DNA of 62,673 nt, taken from NCBI GenBank assembly GCA_015067605.1, contig SVME01000001.1:1-62673 (forward strand), in the 5' to 3' direction. Source of the DNA: Oscillospiraceae bacterium (GTDB lineage: Bacteria > Bacillota > Clostridia > Oscillospirales > Oscillospiraceae). The notes beneath the pieces are model-generated. The model searched no databases. It was not told the DNA's origin and saw only the letters and a list, made by a program, of their open reading frames with translations. How positions within the stretch are numbered: position 1 is the first letter of the stretch; every line of letters begins with the position of its first letter. The position numbers were made by a program, and so were the translations under genes. Below are positions 35,547 through 46,000 of this stretch, one piece after another.

Positions 35547-38462
35547 TCAGCCGTTGGGGCCGATGGTATCGTAATAGTAGCACAGCTTGATCCAAGCGTT
35601 GTCCACATTCTCGAAGGTATACTTCTCCATCAGCATCTGCAGAATCTCTGCCAAACGAGCATCCACAGGCACGCAGCCCACACGCTCCTTAGCAGAGCCG
35701 GAGTACATCTTGGACTGATATGCCTTAATCTCTACGGTCAGGTCGGGGCCGGTGCCATGATACTTGCCTGCAAACACATCGTCAATCATGTACAGCGCAG
35801 CATTTTCATCATAATCATCCGCCCAGGTTTCCTTCAGGTAAGCTCTGGTGGCTTCCAGATCATTGTTATACTTTTCCATGATGCCCAGAATGTACAGGTC
35901 TTCCTCATTCTTGCTGAAGTCGAAGCCGCCCATATCGATCATACCCTTAATCTTCACCACATTACCATTCTCGTCCTTGACAAGCTTGCCGTTTTCGTCG
36001 TAGGCATCCACAGTGACGATGGGGTTGGAGAACAGGCTGGTGACACCGGTGAAGTCAGCGTAGATGATGCTGCCGTAACGCTGCTTGCCATTGGCATCCT
36101 TGCCCAGATCCTCATGATAGTAGCCATCGTTGCCCATGACCACATCGATGCCGCCGGCAATCAGATGGTACATAGCATCGCCAGTAGCGTTGGTATCATA
36201 GGTGAAGTAACCGGGAGAGCAGAGACGGAACAGCTCCATGGAGCTGGCAACATACTCGATATCATAATAGATGTAGCCCACCTCGTAGACATCCCAGAAA
36301 GCAATGTCAATGTAGTAGGCCTCACCGGCCTTCATATAGTACAGCATGGACACATTGCTGCTGTCATTCCACAGACGCTCGTCCATTTCGTAAATCAGCA
36401 GCTCCTTGCGATTGCCGTCGAAAATCCAGCCGTCCACACCATTGGAGGACTCGGCACGGGAGGTGATACGATAGACACCGGACTTGCTGGGCACGAACTT
36501 TGCCAGCTTGCCTCTGGGGATAATGGCGGTGTTATAATAGAAGAAGTTGGTGGACACATTCTTGCCCAGCTTCGCCTCATAGGCGGAGAAGGTGGCCAGA
36601 CCCTTGATGGGATCCTCCATCTGCTTGGCATCCTTACCATAGGCCTGATAGTACTTGCACATCTTTAGCCACTCGTTCTCGTCGTCCTCGAAGCCGGCCA
36701 CATCCGCAACCTTCTTCAGCAGCTCAGCCAAATCCTTATTGACGGTACAAACGCCACTCAAAGAGGAGTTGGAGCCGTAGGAGTAGAACTCAGTCAGTGC
36801 TTCGTGCAGATCCACGCCATCCACCTTCAGTCCGGAATCGTAGGTGATATCCCACAGGGTCTGCTCCTCGCTGAACTCGGTGTAGCCCATCATGTCAACC
36901 AACAGCAGGGGGCCGTCCTTGGTGCCAACATGGTAGTAGCCGTCCTTCTCGTTCAGAACCACGTCCACATAGCTGTAAGTAAAGCCATCCTCGGTGGTAG
37001 CTGCCTGACGGGGGAGGTGGGCAGTGGTGTCGATCTGGGAAGCATCGACCACACGCATATCCTTAATATATACAGTATCGTCGCCCACGTCATTGGACTC
37101 GTCCTTGATATAGCACAGGGCGATTTCATAGGTGCCGTCCTTGGTAGCAACGCAGGGATAGCAGGACTTCCACGCCTGCTTCTCGTCCGCACCAGAGATG
37201 GTGAAGATGGGCTCATCGTCCACGATAACGTGGAGTACGTCCGCACCGTACTCGGAGGAAATCAGATAATCAAAGCCTACAGCCTGACCGGCCTTCAGCG
37301 TAACGTCCGCATAAATGATAGCGTAGGAGCTTTCAATCTTATCGTTGGAGGACATCAAGCAGGCAGTGCCGTCCTTGTCGCCCAGAATAAAGGGCCAGCA
37401 GTACTCGTCATCCGCCTCGGCGCGGTAAGTCACTTCAATCTCGCCCTTGTTGATGATGCTGCTGATGTCTTCCGTGGAGTCCATCGTCACATCGGGCTTG
37501 ACCTTGGTCATGATATCGCTGACACCATTGGCGCAAAGCTTCTGCTGATAATCATCGGCAGTGAAATACTCAAAAATACTGGTGAAGGGGCTCAGGTTTG
37601 TGATGCCGCCAACCTCAATCAAGCAGATAACGCCATAGCGGTCGATAACCAGAGAGGTGGGATAGCCAGTTACATTAAAAATCTGGGACCAGGTAGCGGG
37701 ACAAGAAGCCATGTTAAAGTCCAGCGCCATGCTGCCCTTGAAATTCGCCACGGTATTGGCATCGTCCATGGGGTTGATAGCGATAACCGCTCCGCCCTTA
37801 TCCTTGTACAGGTTGTAGCCCTCATTCATATAGGGGAACTCGTTGACACAGGGACCGCAGGTGCTGTACCAAAAGTTCAGCAAGACCATCTTATTCTCTG
37901 CCAGAACCTTAGACAGGGTGATTTCCTCACCGGCAGAAGTCTTGACAGTAAAATCATACATGACATCACCCAGACCCAGAGGCGTGGCGGCGCTCAGGTC
38001 GGACAAGGTCTTGTCCGTAATCAGCGCAGAGTTCAAGCTGATAACAGCCACATTGCCGGTGAAGGCATAGGAAGACTCCACAGCATAGCCCTTGGGCACG
38101 CCCTGCAGCTCGATGGCATAGTCATCGGACTTGGGCATGGACAAAGATACAAGTCCATCTGCATCGGTCTGACCATAGGTGACCAAGTCAGTCTTGTTGC
38201 TGTCGGCATAAACATAGACGTTGATGCCGGACATCTTCATACCGCCGGCAGTGACCACGCTGACGGTGTATGTAACATTCTCACCCGGCTGGGTATTATC
38301 GGACTCACCGGAATCGGGGGTGTTGCTCTGCTCGTCGGATTTGGTCGTGGATTTGGTAGCTTCAGGCTCTTCCTCGCCCTTGCAGCCAGCGAACATGACC
38401 GCCATGGACAAAACCATGGCAACAACAAGCAATAAAGATATCAGTTTCTTCATTTTACTCAT
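35547..38462 (-). CDS. Large multidomain lipoprotein: Ig-like domain, TlpA-like redoxin domain and about 650-aa unknown C-terminus
   Basis: Lipobox FAGC; LGDVMYDFTV, VLLNFWYSTCGPCVNEFP and GYPTS motifs; internal repeat GYYH..G / LAE(L/I)L...(N)xW(L/I)KxCxYY twice. Confidence 0.88.
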   Translation of the reverse strand: MSKMKKLISLLLVVAMVLSMAVMFAGCKGEEEPEATKSTTKSDEQSNTPDSGESDNTQPGENVTYTVSVVTAGGMKMSGINVYVYADSNKTDLVTYGQTDADGLVSLSMPKSDDYAIELQGVPKGYAVESSYAFTGNVAVISLNSALITDKTLSDLSAATPLGLGDVMYDFTVKTSAGEEITLSKVLAENKMVLLNFWYSTCGPCVNEFPYMNEGYNLYKDKGGAVIAINPMDDANTVANFKGSMALDFNMASCPATWSQIFNVTGYPTSLVIDRYGVICLIEVGGITNLSPFTSIFEYFTADDYQQKLCANGVSDIMTKVKPDVTMDSTEDISSIINKGEIEVTYRAEADDEYCWPFILGDKDGTACLMSSNDKIESSYAIIYADVTLKAGQAVGFDYLISSEYGADVLHVIVDDEPIFTISGADEKQAWKSCYPCVATKDGTYEIALCYIKDESNDVGDDTVYIKDMRVVDASQIDTTAHLPRQAATTEDGFTYSYVDVVLNEKDGYYHVGTKDGPLLLVDMMGYTEFSEEQTLWDITYDSGLKVDGVDLHEALTEFYSYGSNSSLSGVCTVNKDLAELLKKVADVAGFEDDENEWLKMCKYYQAYGKDAKQMEDPIKGLATFSAYEAKLGKNVSTNFFYYNTAIIPRGKLAKFVPSKSGVYRITSRAESSNGVDGWIFDGNRKELLIYEMDERLWNDSSNVSMLYYMKAGEAYYIDIAFWDVYEVGYIYYDIEYVASSMELFRLCSPGYFTYDTNATGDAMYHLIAGGIDVVMGNDGYYHEDLGKDANGKQRYGSIIYADFTGVTSLFSNPIVTVDAYDENGKLVKDENGNVVKIKGMIDMGGFDFSKNEEDLYILGIMEKYNNDLEATRAYLKETWADDYDENAALYMIDDVFAGKYHGTGPDLTVEIKAYQSKMYSGSAKERVGCVPVDARLAEILQMLMEKYTFENVDNAWIKLCYYYDTIGPNG

Positions 38463-38526
38463 CTTGTCCTCCTGTTTCCTATTCTATATAACGTCATAAT
38501 CGGCCATATTAAGCCTATTATGTTTC

Positions 38527-38555
38527 AGTATACCATTAACCTGTGGCTCAGTCAA
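38527..38555 (-). promoter_or_regulatory. SigmaA-like promoter for the redoxin unit
   Basis: TTGACT-17 nt-TATACT with extended -10 TG. Confidence 0.7.
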
Positions 38556-38604
38556 TAAAAAATTCGTTGTAAACAATATATTTTACGTTTCGTACATATT
38601 TGTG

Positions 38605-38646
38605 AGCAAAAAATCCGCTCCCGAAACCGGGAGCGGATCTTTTGCT
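38605..38646 (-). terminator. Intrinsic terminator after the small peptide gene
   Basis: ATCCGCTCCC-GAAACC-GGGAGCGGAT hairpin with a minus-strand T run. Confidence 0.85.
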
Positions 38647-38662
38647 AAAAGAAGGCAAGTGA

Positions 38663-38818
38663 TTACAGGAAAGCATCACCAGCGGGGCCTTCGTTCTCGC
38701 AGTTGGGGTTGTAGTGGATGGACTCGGTGGTAGCCTCGGTGGTGGGGCTAGTGACGATAACATCCTCCACGGAGAACTCGACGACGTCCATCTCAGCGTT
38801 CAGATACAGCTCCTTCAT
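38663..38818 (-). CDS. 51-aa acidic peptide with leader-like N-terminus (candidate RiPP precursor or signalling peptide)
   Basis: GAGGTG RBS; MKELYLNAEMDVVEFSVEDVIVTSPTTEATTESIHYNPNCENEGPAGDAFL; own promoter and terminator; C-ending codon bias like highly expressed genes in the window. Confidence 0.8.
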   Translation of the reverse strand: MKELYLNAEMDVVEFSVEDVIVTSPTTEATTESIHYNPNCENEGPAGDAFL

Positions 38819-38962
38819 TTGTTTCACCTCATTCTTTATGATATTACAAAAAAGGTCGCGGACATCGCCCACAGCCTTATTGCCGATGTAAGGACGGCAA
38901 TTGCCGTCAAAATAGGCTTAAAATAGGTAAAAATTCCCTATATTCAGCAATATACCATAGCC

Positions 38963-38991
38963 ATTATAACAGAGAAAATCTTTGATGTCCA
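38963..38991 (-). promoter_or_regulatory. SigmaA-like promoter of the small peptide gene
   Basis: TGGACA-17 nt-TATAAT with extended -10 TG. Confidence 0.65.
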
Positions 38992-39026
38992 GTCTTTTTT
39001 TGGAATATACATAAAATATAAGATTT

Positions 39027-39290
39027 TTATTGCTGGCTCAGCCAAGCAATCAGAGCCGCTCTTCCCTCTTCCGACATAGGAAACTCCGCCTTTCCCTCCA
39101 TCTGACTTTTTTCGTAACAGAAGATTCCGTGCCAGTATTCGGCAGAAATGGAGCTAGCCTCAAAATCAACCTCTTTGGGCGTTTTCATCACCACATTGGG
39201 CACCACCCGGAAACGCAGGCTTCCAAGAGAGCCGGTGAAGATATTCTTCATGGCGAAGGTGTGTAGCGTGGGAATAAACAACTCAGCCAT
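39027..39290 (-). CDS. Hypothetical protein coupled to pepF
   Basis: Overlaps the pepF stop; GGAGG RBS; NIFTGSLG..RFRV...EFPMSEEG pattern. Confidence 0.7.
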   Translation of the reverse strand: MAELFIPTLHTFAMKNIFTGSLGSLRFRVVPNVVMKTPKEVDFEASSISAEYWHGIFCYEKSQMEGKAEFPMSEEGRAALIAWLSQQ

Positions 39291-41088
39291 GGTCATCCTC
39301 CATCAGCGACTCCATCTCATCCAGCAGTCGGTCAAACACAGCCAGTGCATCCTCCACCGGCTTCGGGCTGGTCATATCCACACCGGCCACCTTCAGAAGC
39401 TCGATTGGGCTCATACTGCAGCCGCCGGAGAGGAATTTCAGATAATCCTCTACCGCAGGCGCACCTTCGGTCAAGATTCGACGGGAAATGGCAATGGCGG
39501 CGGAGTAACCGGTGGCATACTGGAACACATAGTGGTCAAAATAGAAATGAGGGATTCTAGCCCATTCCATAGCAATTTCATCATCTACCACCATATCTGG
39601 GCCAAAGTACTGCTCATTCAACCGGCGGTACTCCTGACAAAGCACCTCAGCAGTCAGTGTCTTGCCCTCTCCTACCAGCTTACCAAGGGTCAGCTCAAAC
39701 TCGGCGAACATGGTCTGGCGATACAGAGTTCCCTTGAACTGCTCCAGGAAATGGTTGATCAGGTACGCCCGTTCCTTCTTGTCGGTAGTTTTGGACAGCA
39801 GATACTCCATCAGCAGCGCTTCATTACAGGTGGAGGCCACCTCTGCCACAAAAATCACATAGTCCGAATCGATAGGGTTCTGGTTCCGGTTAGACAAATA
39901 GGAATGGAGCGCATGCCCCATTTCATGGGCCAGTGTAAACTGGCTGTCCAGCGTGCCGGTATAGTTCAGCATCACATAAGGATGCACATCCACACCGGCA
40001 GAATAGGCACCGGCCCGCTTCCCTTCGTTTTCATAAACATCAATCCAACGGTTCTCAAAGCCTTCCCGCAGAATGGAGCGGTAGGTTTCGCCCATAGGTG
40101 CCAGTGCATCGTACACCGTCTGCTTCGCTTCGACAAAGGAAATCTTCCGGTCCGCACCGGTTACAAGCTGGGTATATACATCATAAAACCGCAACTCCTC
40201 CACGCCCAGCAGCTTCTTACGAAGGCGGACATAACGATGCATGGTATCCATGTGCTTATGAACGGTATCGATTAGATTCAGGTACACGCTTACAGGCACA
40301 TTATTCTGATCCAGAGATGCCTCCAGCGCAGAGTCGTATCTTCTCGTATCCGCAAAGAATTTCAGCTGCTTGTTTTGCGCATTGAGAATGGACGCAGCGG
40401 TGTTTTTGAATTGGTCAAGGGTGCGGTAGAGATTTTCGTAGGCACTCTTGCGCAGAACGCGGTCGCTGCCCTCCTGATAGGTGATGAAGCTGGACTGAGT
40501 AAGGGGGCGATTATTCCCCTCAGCATCCACCGCATCCGGGAATTTCAAATCCGCATTGATGAAGGAATTGAAGATATTGGAAGGGGTCTGTCCCATCTCG
40601 CCGGAGGCCGCCAAAAGTCGTTCCTCAGCCGTGGAAAGAATATGCTCCTTCCGGCGACGCAAATCCGTCAAATAACGGCGATACCGCTCCAGTGCAGGTT
40701 TTTCATGGTAAAAGGCATCCAATTTATCATCGGAAATACCCATAATCTCCGGCGTTTCAAAGCTGGAGGCCGCATCCAGCGCCACCGCAACAGCCATAAA
40801 CCGGCCGGTCATATCCTGATACTTGGACACACGGGTATCCTCATCAGAACGACGCATGGCATAGTGCGCCAGCTGCTTCGCCCGGTGGTTGGTCTGCTCC
40901 ATCGTTTCAAGATATGCCAGAAGCGTCTGAGAATCATCTGCAATATGACCGCAGTAGCCGGCCAGCACCGGTTCCATATCCCCGAGGGCAGAAAGCTCCT
41001 GCTCCCACGCTTCATCGCTGGCAAATATATCCTCCAGCGCCCACTTGTCCTCCTCGGGAATCTCATTGCGATTACGAATCTGATCCAT
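39283..41088 (-). CDS. pepF: Oligoendopeptidase F (M3B)
   Basis: KWALEDIF, GKRAGAYS, TLAHEMGHALH (HExxH), FVAEVAS and WARIPHFY motifs. Confidence 0.96.
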   Translation of the reverse strand: MDQIRNRNEIPEEDKWALEDIFASDEAWEQELSALGDMEPVLAGYCGHIADDSQTLLAYLETMEQTNHRAKQLAHYAMRRSDEDTRVSKYQDMTGRFMAVAVALDAASSFETPEIMGISDDKLDAFYHEKPALERYRRYLTDLRRRKEHILSTAEERLLAASGEMGQTPSNIFNSFINADLKFPDAVDAEGNNRPLTQSSFITYQEGSDRVLRKSAYENLYRTLDQFKNTAASILNAQNKQLKFFADTRRYDSALEASLDQNNVPVSVYLNLIDTVHKHMDTMHRYVRLRKKLLGVEELRFYDVYTQLVTGADRKISFVEAKQTVYDALAPMGETYRSILREGFENRWIDVYENEGKRAGAYSAGVDVHPYVMLNYTGTLDSQFTLAHEMGHALHSYLSNRNQNPIDSDYVIFVAEVASTCNEALLMEYLLSKTTDKKERAYLINHFLEQFKGTLYRQTMFAEFELTLGKLVGEGKTLTAEVLCQEYRRLNEQYFGPDMVVDDEIAMEWARIPHFYFDHYVFQYATGYSAAIAISRRILTEGAPAVEDYLKFLSGGCSMSPIELLKVAGVDMTSPKPVEDALAVFDRLLDEMESLMEDDHG

Positions 41089-41144
41089 TTGTTCCCCTCC
41101 TACTTTATATATTTATAATGTAGCATACCTGCCTAAAAAATGCA

Positions 41145-41168
41145 AGGGCACCCGCATCGGGGTGCCCT
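41145..41168 (-). terminator. Stem-loop after the SGNH-like gene
   Basis: AGGGCACCC-GCATCG-GGGTGCCCT. Confidence 0.6.
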
Positions 41169-41172
41169 GATT

Positions 41173-42264
41173 TTACACGATTCCCCCAAGGAAGCGCATT
41201 ATTTGCAATGCGATTTCCTCGTGACCGGATTTATTCGGATGGAATCCATTGCGACCAAAGGGACCGACTACATCCTTATTGTCGCCCAGTTCCGCGGCAC
41301 CCCACGGCAGTTTCTCCGTCAGAGAACAAAAATACACGCCGTTATCGTTGCACACCGCTTCCATCGCAGCAGCATAATCCTCCAGACGATAGCCCTTGCG
41401 GTTATAGCCTTCCTTATTATTATCCCATTGGGTACCGGCCACAAGATTCGCAGGACGATCCACATAATTGATTTGCGGACTGCTGAAGAACACAATTTTG
41501 GATTGCGGATACTGCTCCTTCAACCCTTCGCACAGGGTCTTCATCGCCCCGTAGAAGGTATTTGCATCTGTATCCGTTGGCTGCCCCAAAGTACGGCCAG
41601 TGAACCAATCGTTCAAACCGCCTAATACAATGACGAGGTCCGCATCCTTATCCATCTGCTCATAGCGCTGGCAGAACGAATCGATGCCGTCTTCCCACAC
41701 AGGAATGGAATCCACTTTCGGAGAGATACTGCTACCCTCCAAACCGTAGTTGGTCACTGTCCGGAATCCGCACAGCTCCCCCAGAATATCAGAATAGATT
41801 TCTTTTGTGCCAACGCCCTCTGTTAAATCGTCACCAAGGCAAACCACCTTATAATCGTGGAGCTTTTCCATGGTGGCAGCCAGCAAATCATTGATATACA
41901 CCTGACTCATGTCCACCGGCAACTTACACTGGTACAGAGGCGTATGGTATTCACCCAGAACCACCGAATTATCGTATTTAACTGATGTGATTCTCTTAGA
42001 TATGGGGTCGAAATAAATCGTATCCCCGTCCGCAAAGAAAGAAATATCATGAACTGTTCCGCCCACTGCCACCTTCTCTTCGCCGTAGACAATAAAGGTG
42101 TCCTCTCCAAAGGTCAACGACAGGGTCTGTGCATCGAAGAATAAACCGGTATCGGTTTCGATTTTTCCTTCGGAAGGCTGGCTGACCGACCTGGGTACCT
42201 CAGAACAGCCGGACAAAAGCAATAAAACAGCCATAGCAATCACAAATATCTGTGAAAATTTCAT
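41173..42264 (-). CDS. SGNH/GDSL-fold lipoprotein with altered catalytic residues
   Basis: Lipobox LSGC; block I CLGDDLT, block II NYGLEGS, block III GGLND, block V NGFHPN. Confidence 0.82.
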   Translation of the reverse strand: MKFSQIFVIAMAVLLLLSGCSEVPRSVSQPSEGKIETDTGLFFDAQTLSLTFGEDTFIVYGEEKVAVGGTVHDISFFADGDTIYFDPISKRITSVKYDNSVVLGEYHTPLYQCKLPVDMSQVYINDLLAATMEKLHDYKVVCLGDDLTEGVGTKEIYSDILGELCGFRTVTNYGLEGSSISPKVDSIPVWEDGIDSFCQRYEQMDKDADLVIVLGGLNDWFTGRTLGQPTDTDANTFYGAMKTLCEGLKEQYPQSKIVFFSSPQINYVDRPANLVAGTQWDNNKEGYNRKGYRLEDYAAAMEAVCNDNGVYFCSLTEKLPWGAAELGDNKDVVGPFGRNGFHPNKSGHEEIALQIMRFLGGIV

Positions 42265-43043
42265 AGTTTATCCTCTTTATTTTTTATATCTGCGGCGATA
42301 ATACGCTTCATAGCCTCGATACCCACCTTGATGGCACCAGAAGTATCCTCCGTCATGGGCATTTCCATTCCGGCCTTCTCTCGCTCCTGATTCCAGATAA
42401 CATGGAAGCAGCTGCCGCAACGAACGCCCAGCGCTGCCGCAACCACAAACAGCGTGGCAGACTCCATCTCACTGGCCTTGACCCCAAGGCGCTTCCAACT
42501 CTCCCACTTCTGCAGCAACTCATAGTATACAGGAGATTTCTCGGGACTGTGCTGGCCGTAGAAGGAATCCTTGCACTGGACCACGCCTGTATGGATGCGA
42601 TAGCCCAAATCCTCGCCGGCAGCCTTCAGGGCAGCGGCAATATCGAAGTCCGGCACTGCCGGGAACTCGATAGGGGCGTACTCCATAGAAGTATGCTCAT
42701 AACGGATAGCGCCGGTGGCAACTATCACGTCACCGGGCAGCACATCCAGCGCAATACCGCCGCAGGTGCCCACGCGAATAAATGTATCCGCACCGATGTT
42801 TTTCAGTTCTTCCATGGCAATGGCCGAAGATGGACCACCAATACCAGTGGAGCAGACGCTGACCTTCTGGCCCAGCAGGTAACCGGTATAGATATTGTAC
42901 TCACGATTCATGCCAATATGAACAGGATTGTCGAAATGTGCCGCAATGGCTTCGCATCTGCCGGGGTCACCGGGCAGAAATACGTACCGACCTACGTCAC
43001 CCTCGACGCAACGGATATGGAACTGTTGACCGATGTCTTGCAT
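42261..43043 (-). CDS. udp: Uridine phosphorylase
   Basis: [27 protein letters not shown] and EMES motifs. Confidence 0.95.
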   Translation of the reverse strand: MQDIGQQFHIRCVEGDVGRYVFLPGDPGRCEAIAAHFDNPVHIGMNREYNIYTGYLLGQKVSVCSTGIGGPSSAIAMEELKNIGADTFIRVGTCGGIALDVLPGDVIVATGAIRYEHTSMEYAPIEFPAVPDFDIAAALKAAGEDLGYRIHTGVVQCKDSFYGQHSPEKSPVYYELLQKWESWKRLGVKASEMESATLFVVAAALGVRCGSCFHVIWNQEREKAGMEMPMTEDTSGAIKVGIEAMKRIIAADIKNKEDKL

Positions 43044-43064
43044 AATATTTTCCTCCTTAGAATG

Positions 43065-46000
43065 TTAAAATAAGCTGACCTGATTGGTTTCCGCCATGCT
43101 ACCGAAGGCTCCCGCCTCCTTGAGCATCTGGATGTGGGTTTTAGACACCTTAGGACAGGCAATGGCAACCTCCTCAATGGACAGAAAGTCCTTTCCTTCC
43201 CGTCCCTCCATCAAACTAATAGCGGCGTTCTCGCCCAGACCGGAGATGGACACAAAAGGCGGACGGAGCTTACCATCCTCGATAAGGAATTTGGTGGCGT
43301 GGCTCTTGTAAATGTCGATTGGCAAAAACTCCAAACCACGGAGATAGAACTCATAGACCACCTCCAGCGTAGTCAGCAAATCTTCATCTTTGTCCGTGGC
43401 GTTTTCATTGTTGTCAATGGCATCAATGTGCCCCATAACCGTATCCATGCCGTTGGTCATCATCACCGCATCAAAGCCGCCCTTCTGGCTACGACGATAG
43501 AAATAGGCCGCATAGAAAGCCAACGGGTGATAAACCTTGAACCATGCAATACGGAACGCCATCATAACGTAAGCCACTGCGTGAGCCTTAGGGAACAGAT
43601 ACTTGATTTTCTTACAGGAACCGATGTACCAGTCCGGAACGCCGGCGGCAATCATTTCCTCTTCCGCTCCATCCGGCAGTCCCCTGCCCTTACGAACGGA
43701 TTCCATGATTTTAAACGCCCGCTTTTCCGGCATACCGCAGGAAATCAGGTAAATCATAATATCGTCACGGCAGCCAATGGTGCCATCGACGGTAGCGGTC
43801 TTGGAGGTAATCAAATCCCGGGCATTGCCTAGCCACACGTCGGTGCCATGGGTATAGCCGGAGATTCGCACAAGAAAATCAAACTTGGTGGGCATGGTGT
43901 CCAGCAGAACGCCACGAGTAAAGCGAGTATTGAACTCCGGCACTGCCACAGCGCCGGTGGGACCTAATAGCTTGTCATCCTCATAGCCCAGCACCTTGGA
44001 GGAAGTGAAAATAGACATGGTGTTTTTGTCATCCAGCGGGATAGTCTTGGCATCCACGCCTGTCATGTCCTCCATCATGCGAATCATGGTAGGGTCATCG
44101 TGCCCCAGCATATCCAGCTTCAGCAGGTTCTCCTCCATGGAGTGGTATTCAAAATGGGTAGTAATCTGGTCGGATTTGGGGTCATCCGCCGGATGCTGCA
44201 CAGGACAGAAGTCCCAAATCTCATTCTCCTGCGGAATAACAACCAGACCGCCGGGGTGCTGACCGGTGGTCCGGCGCACACCCACACAGCCGGAGGCCAG
44301 CCGGTTCATCTCCGGCGCAGGCGCAGACTTTCCGTGCTCCTCCATGTACTTTTTCACATAGCCGAAAGCAGTCTTTTCCGCAACGGTACCAATGGTACCA
44401 GCTCGAAACACATGGCTTCTTCCGAACATTTCCGTACAGTAAGCATGGGCACGAGCCTGATATTCACCGGAGAAGTTCAGATCGATATCCGGCACCTTAT
44501 CGCCACCAAAACCAAGGAACGTCTCAAATGGGATGTTGAAACCGTCTTTTTCTAGCTTCGTGCCGCATTTGGGGCAATCCGCATCCGGCAAATCCGCTCC
44601 GCAGTTATAGCCCTTGGGGATATCCAGCACCGTATGCTTACATTCCGGATTGGGACAGCGGTAGTGGGGCGGGAAAGAATTAACCTCCGTGATGCCTGAC
44701 ATATAGGCAACAATCGACGATCCAACGGATCCACGGGAGCCTACCAGATATCCGTTTTCCAGCGAATTTTGCACCAGCTTCTGGGCAGACATATATATCA
44801 CGTCATAGTGACAGTTGATGATATCGTTTAGCTCTGTTTCCACACGCTTGACAAACAGCTCCGGCGGATTCTCGCCATAGAGCCGGTGGAGCTTGCCGTA
44901 GACCAGACTCTTCAAGTCCTCCACGGAGTTTTCAATGGAGGGAGCAAACAGATTATGAGGTACAGGGCGAACCGTTTCGCACATATCCGCTATCAAATTG
45001 GGATTGGTAATGACGATTTCCTGCGTTTTCTCCGGCCCCAGATAAGAGAATTCCCGGAGCATTTCATCGGTAGTTCGGAAGTACAAGGGGTTGTCCTTAT
45101 CCGCATCGTCGAAGCCCTTGGTGGCAAGCAGGATATGACGGAAAACCTCATCCTCCGGATTCAGGAAGTGAACGTCGCCGGTGGCCACCACCGGTTTATT
45201 CATTCGCTGACCTAGCTCCACAATTTCACGATTGAACTGTCGCAGCTGCTCCTCTCCTGTGGCAATGGGTGGCTCCACTTCCCTGCCGTCCTTATCCACC
45301 TTCCGAGGGAACAGCATAAAGCGGTTATTGGAGATGGGCTGCACCTCCAGATAATCGTAGAAGGACGCAATCCGCTCCAGCTCCTCGGGGCTCTTGCCGG
45401 ACAGCACCGCCTGAAACAGCTCATTATTCTCACAGGCAGAGCCGATAATCAAGCCCTCACGGTACTTCATCAACTCAGACTTGAAGATACGGGGGAATTT
45501 TCGGAAGTATTTCAGATTCGACTCAGAAATCAGGCGATACAGATTCCGCAAGCCGGTCTGGTTTTTGGCAAACAACACAATGTGCTGACATTTCATTGTA
45601 TCCTGCCGGTGAATCGGGCGCAGGGGGAGCATTGCGGCGTTGATAGATTGGATATCCTCCACGCCCCGCTCCGCCAGCATCTGAAACAGCCGGTCAGCGA
45701 TTCGTCCGCAGACCAGCGCATCATCGCCGGCACGGTGGTGGTTGAAATCATCAAGCTCGAACTTTTTCGCCACGATGTCCAACCGGAATCTGCCCAACTC
45801 AGGCATCAGGCACTGGGCGATAGCCAGAGTGTCCACATAGGTCATGTCCCACGTAATCCCCTGCTCCTCGCAGGCACGGCGGACGAAATTAGCATCAAAA
45901 TCCGCATTATGGGCCACCAATACGCTGTCACCGACGAACTCCCTGAATTTTGGTAGGATTTCTTGAATGGTCGGCGCACCATTGAGCATATCATCGGTGA

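Noticed and set aside
22267-38435. Very long plus-strand ORFs (767, 1027, 1040, 543 aa) opposite the surface locus
   Set aside because: Antisense shadows caused by strong codon bias; the minus-strand proteins carry all recognisable motifs.
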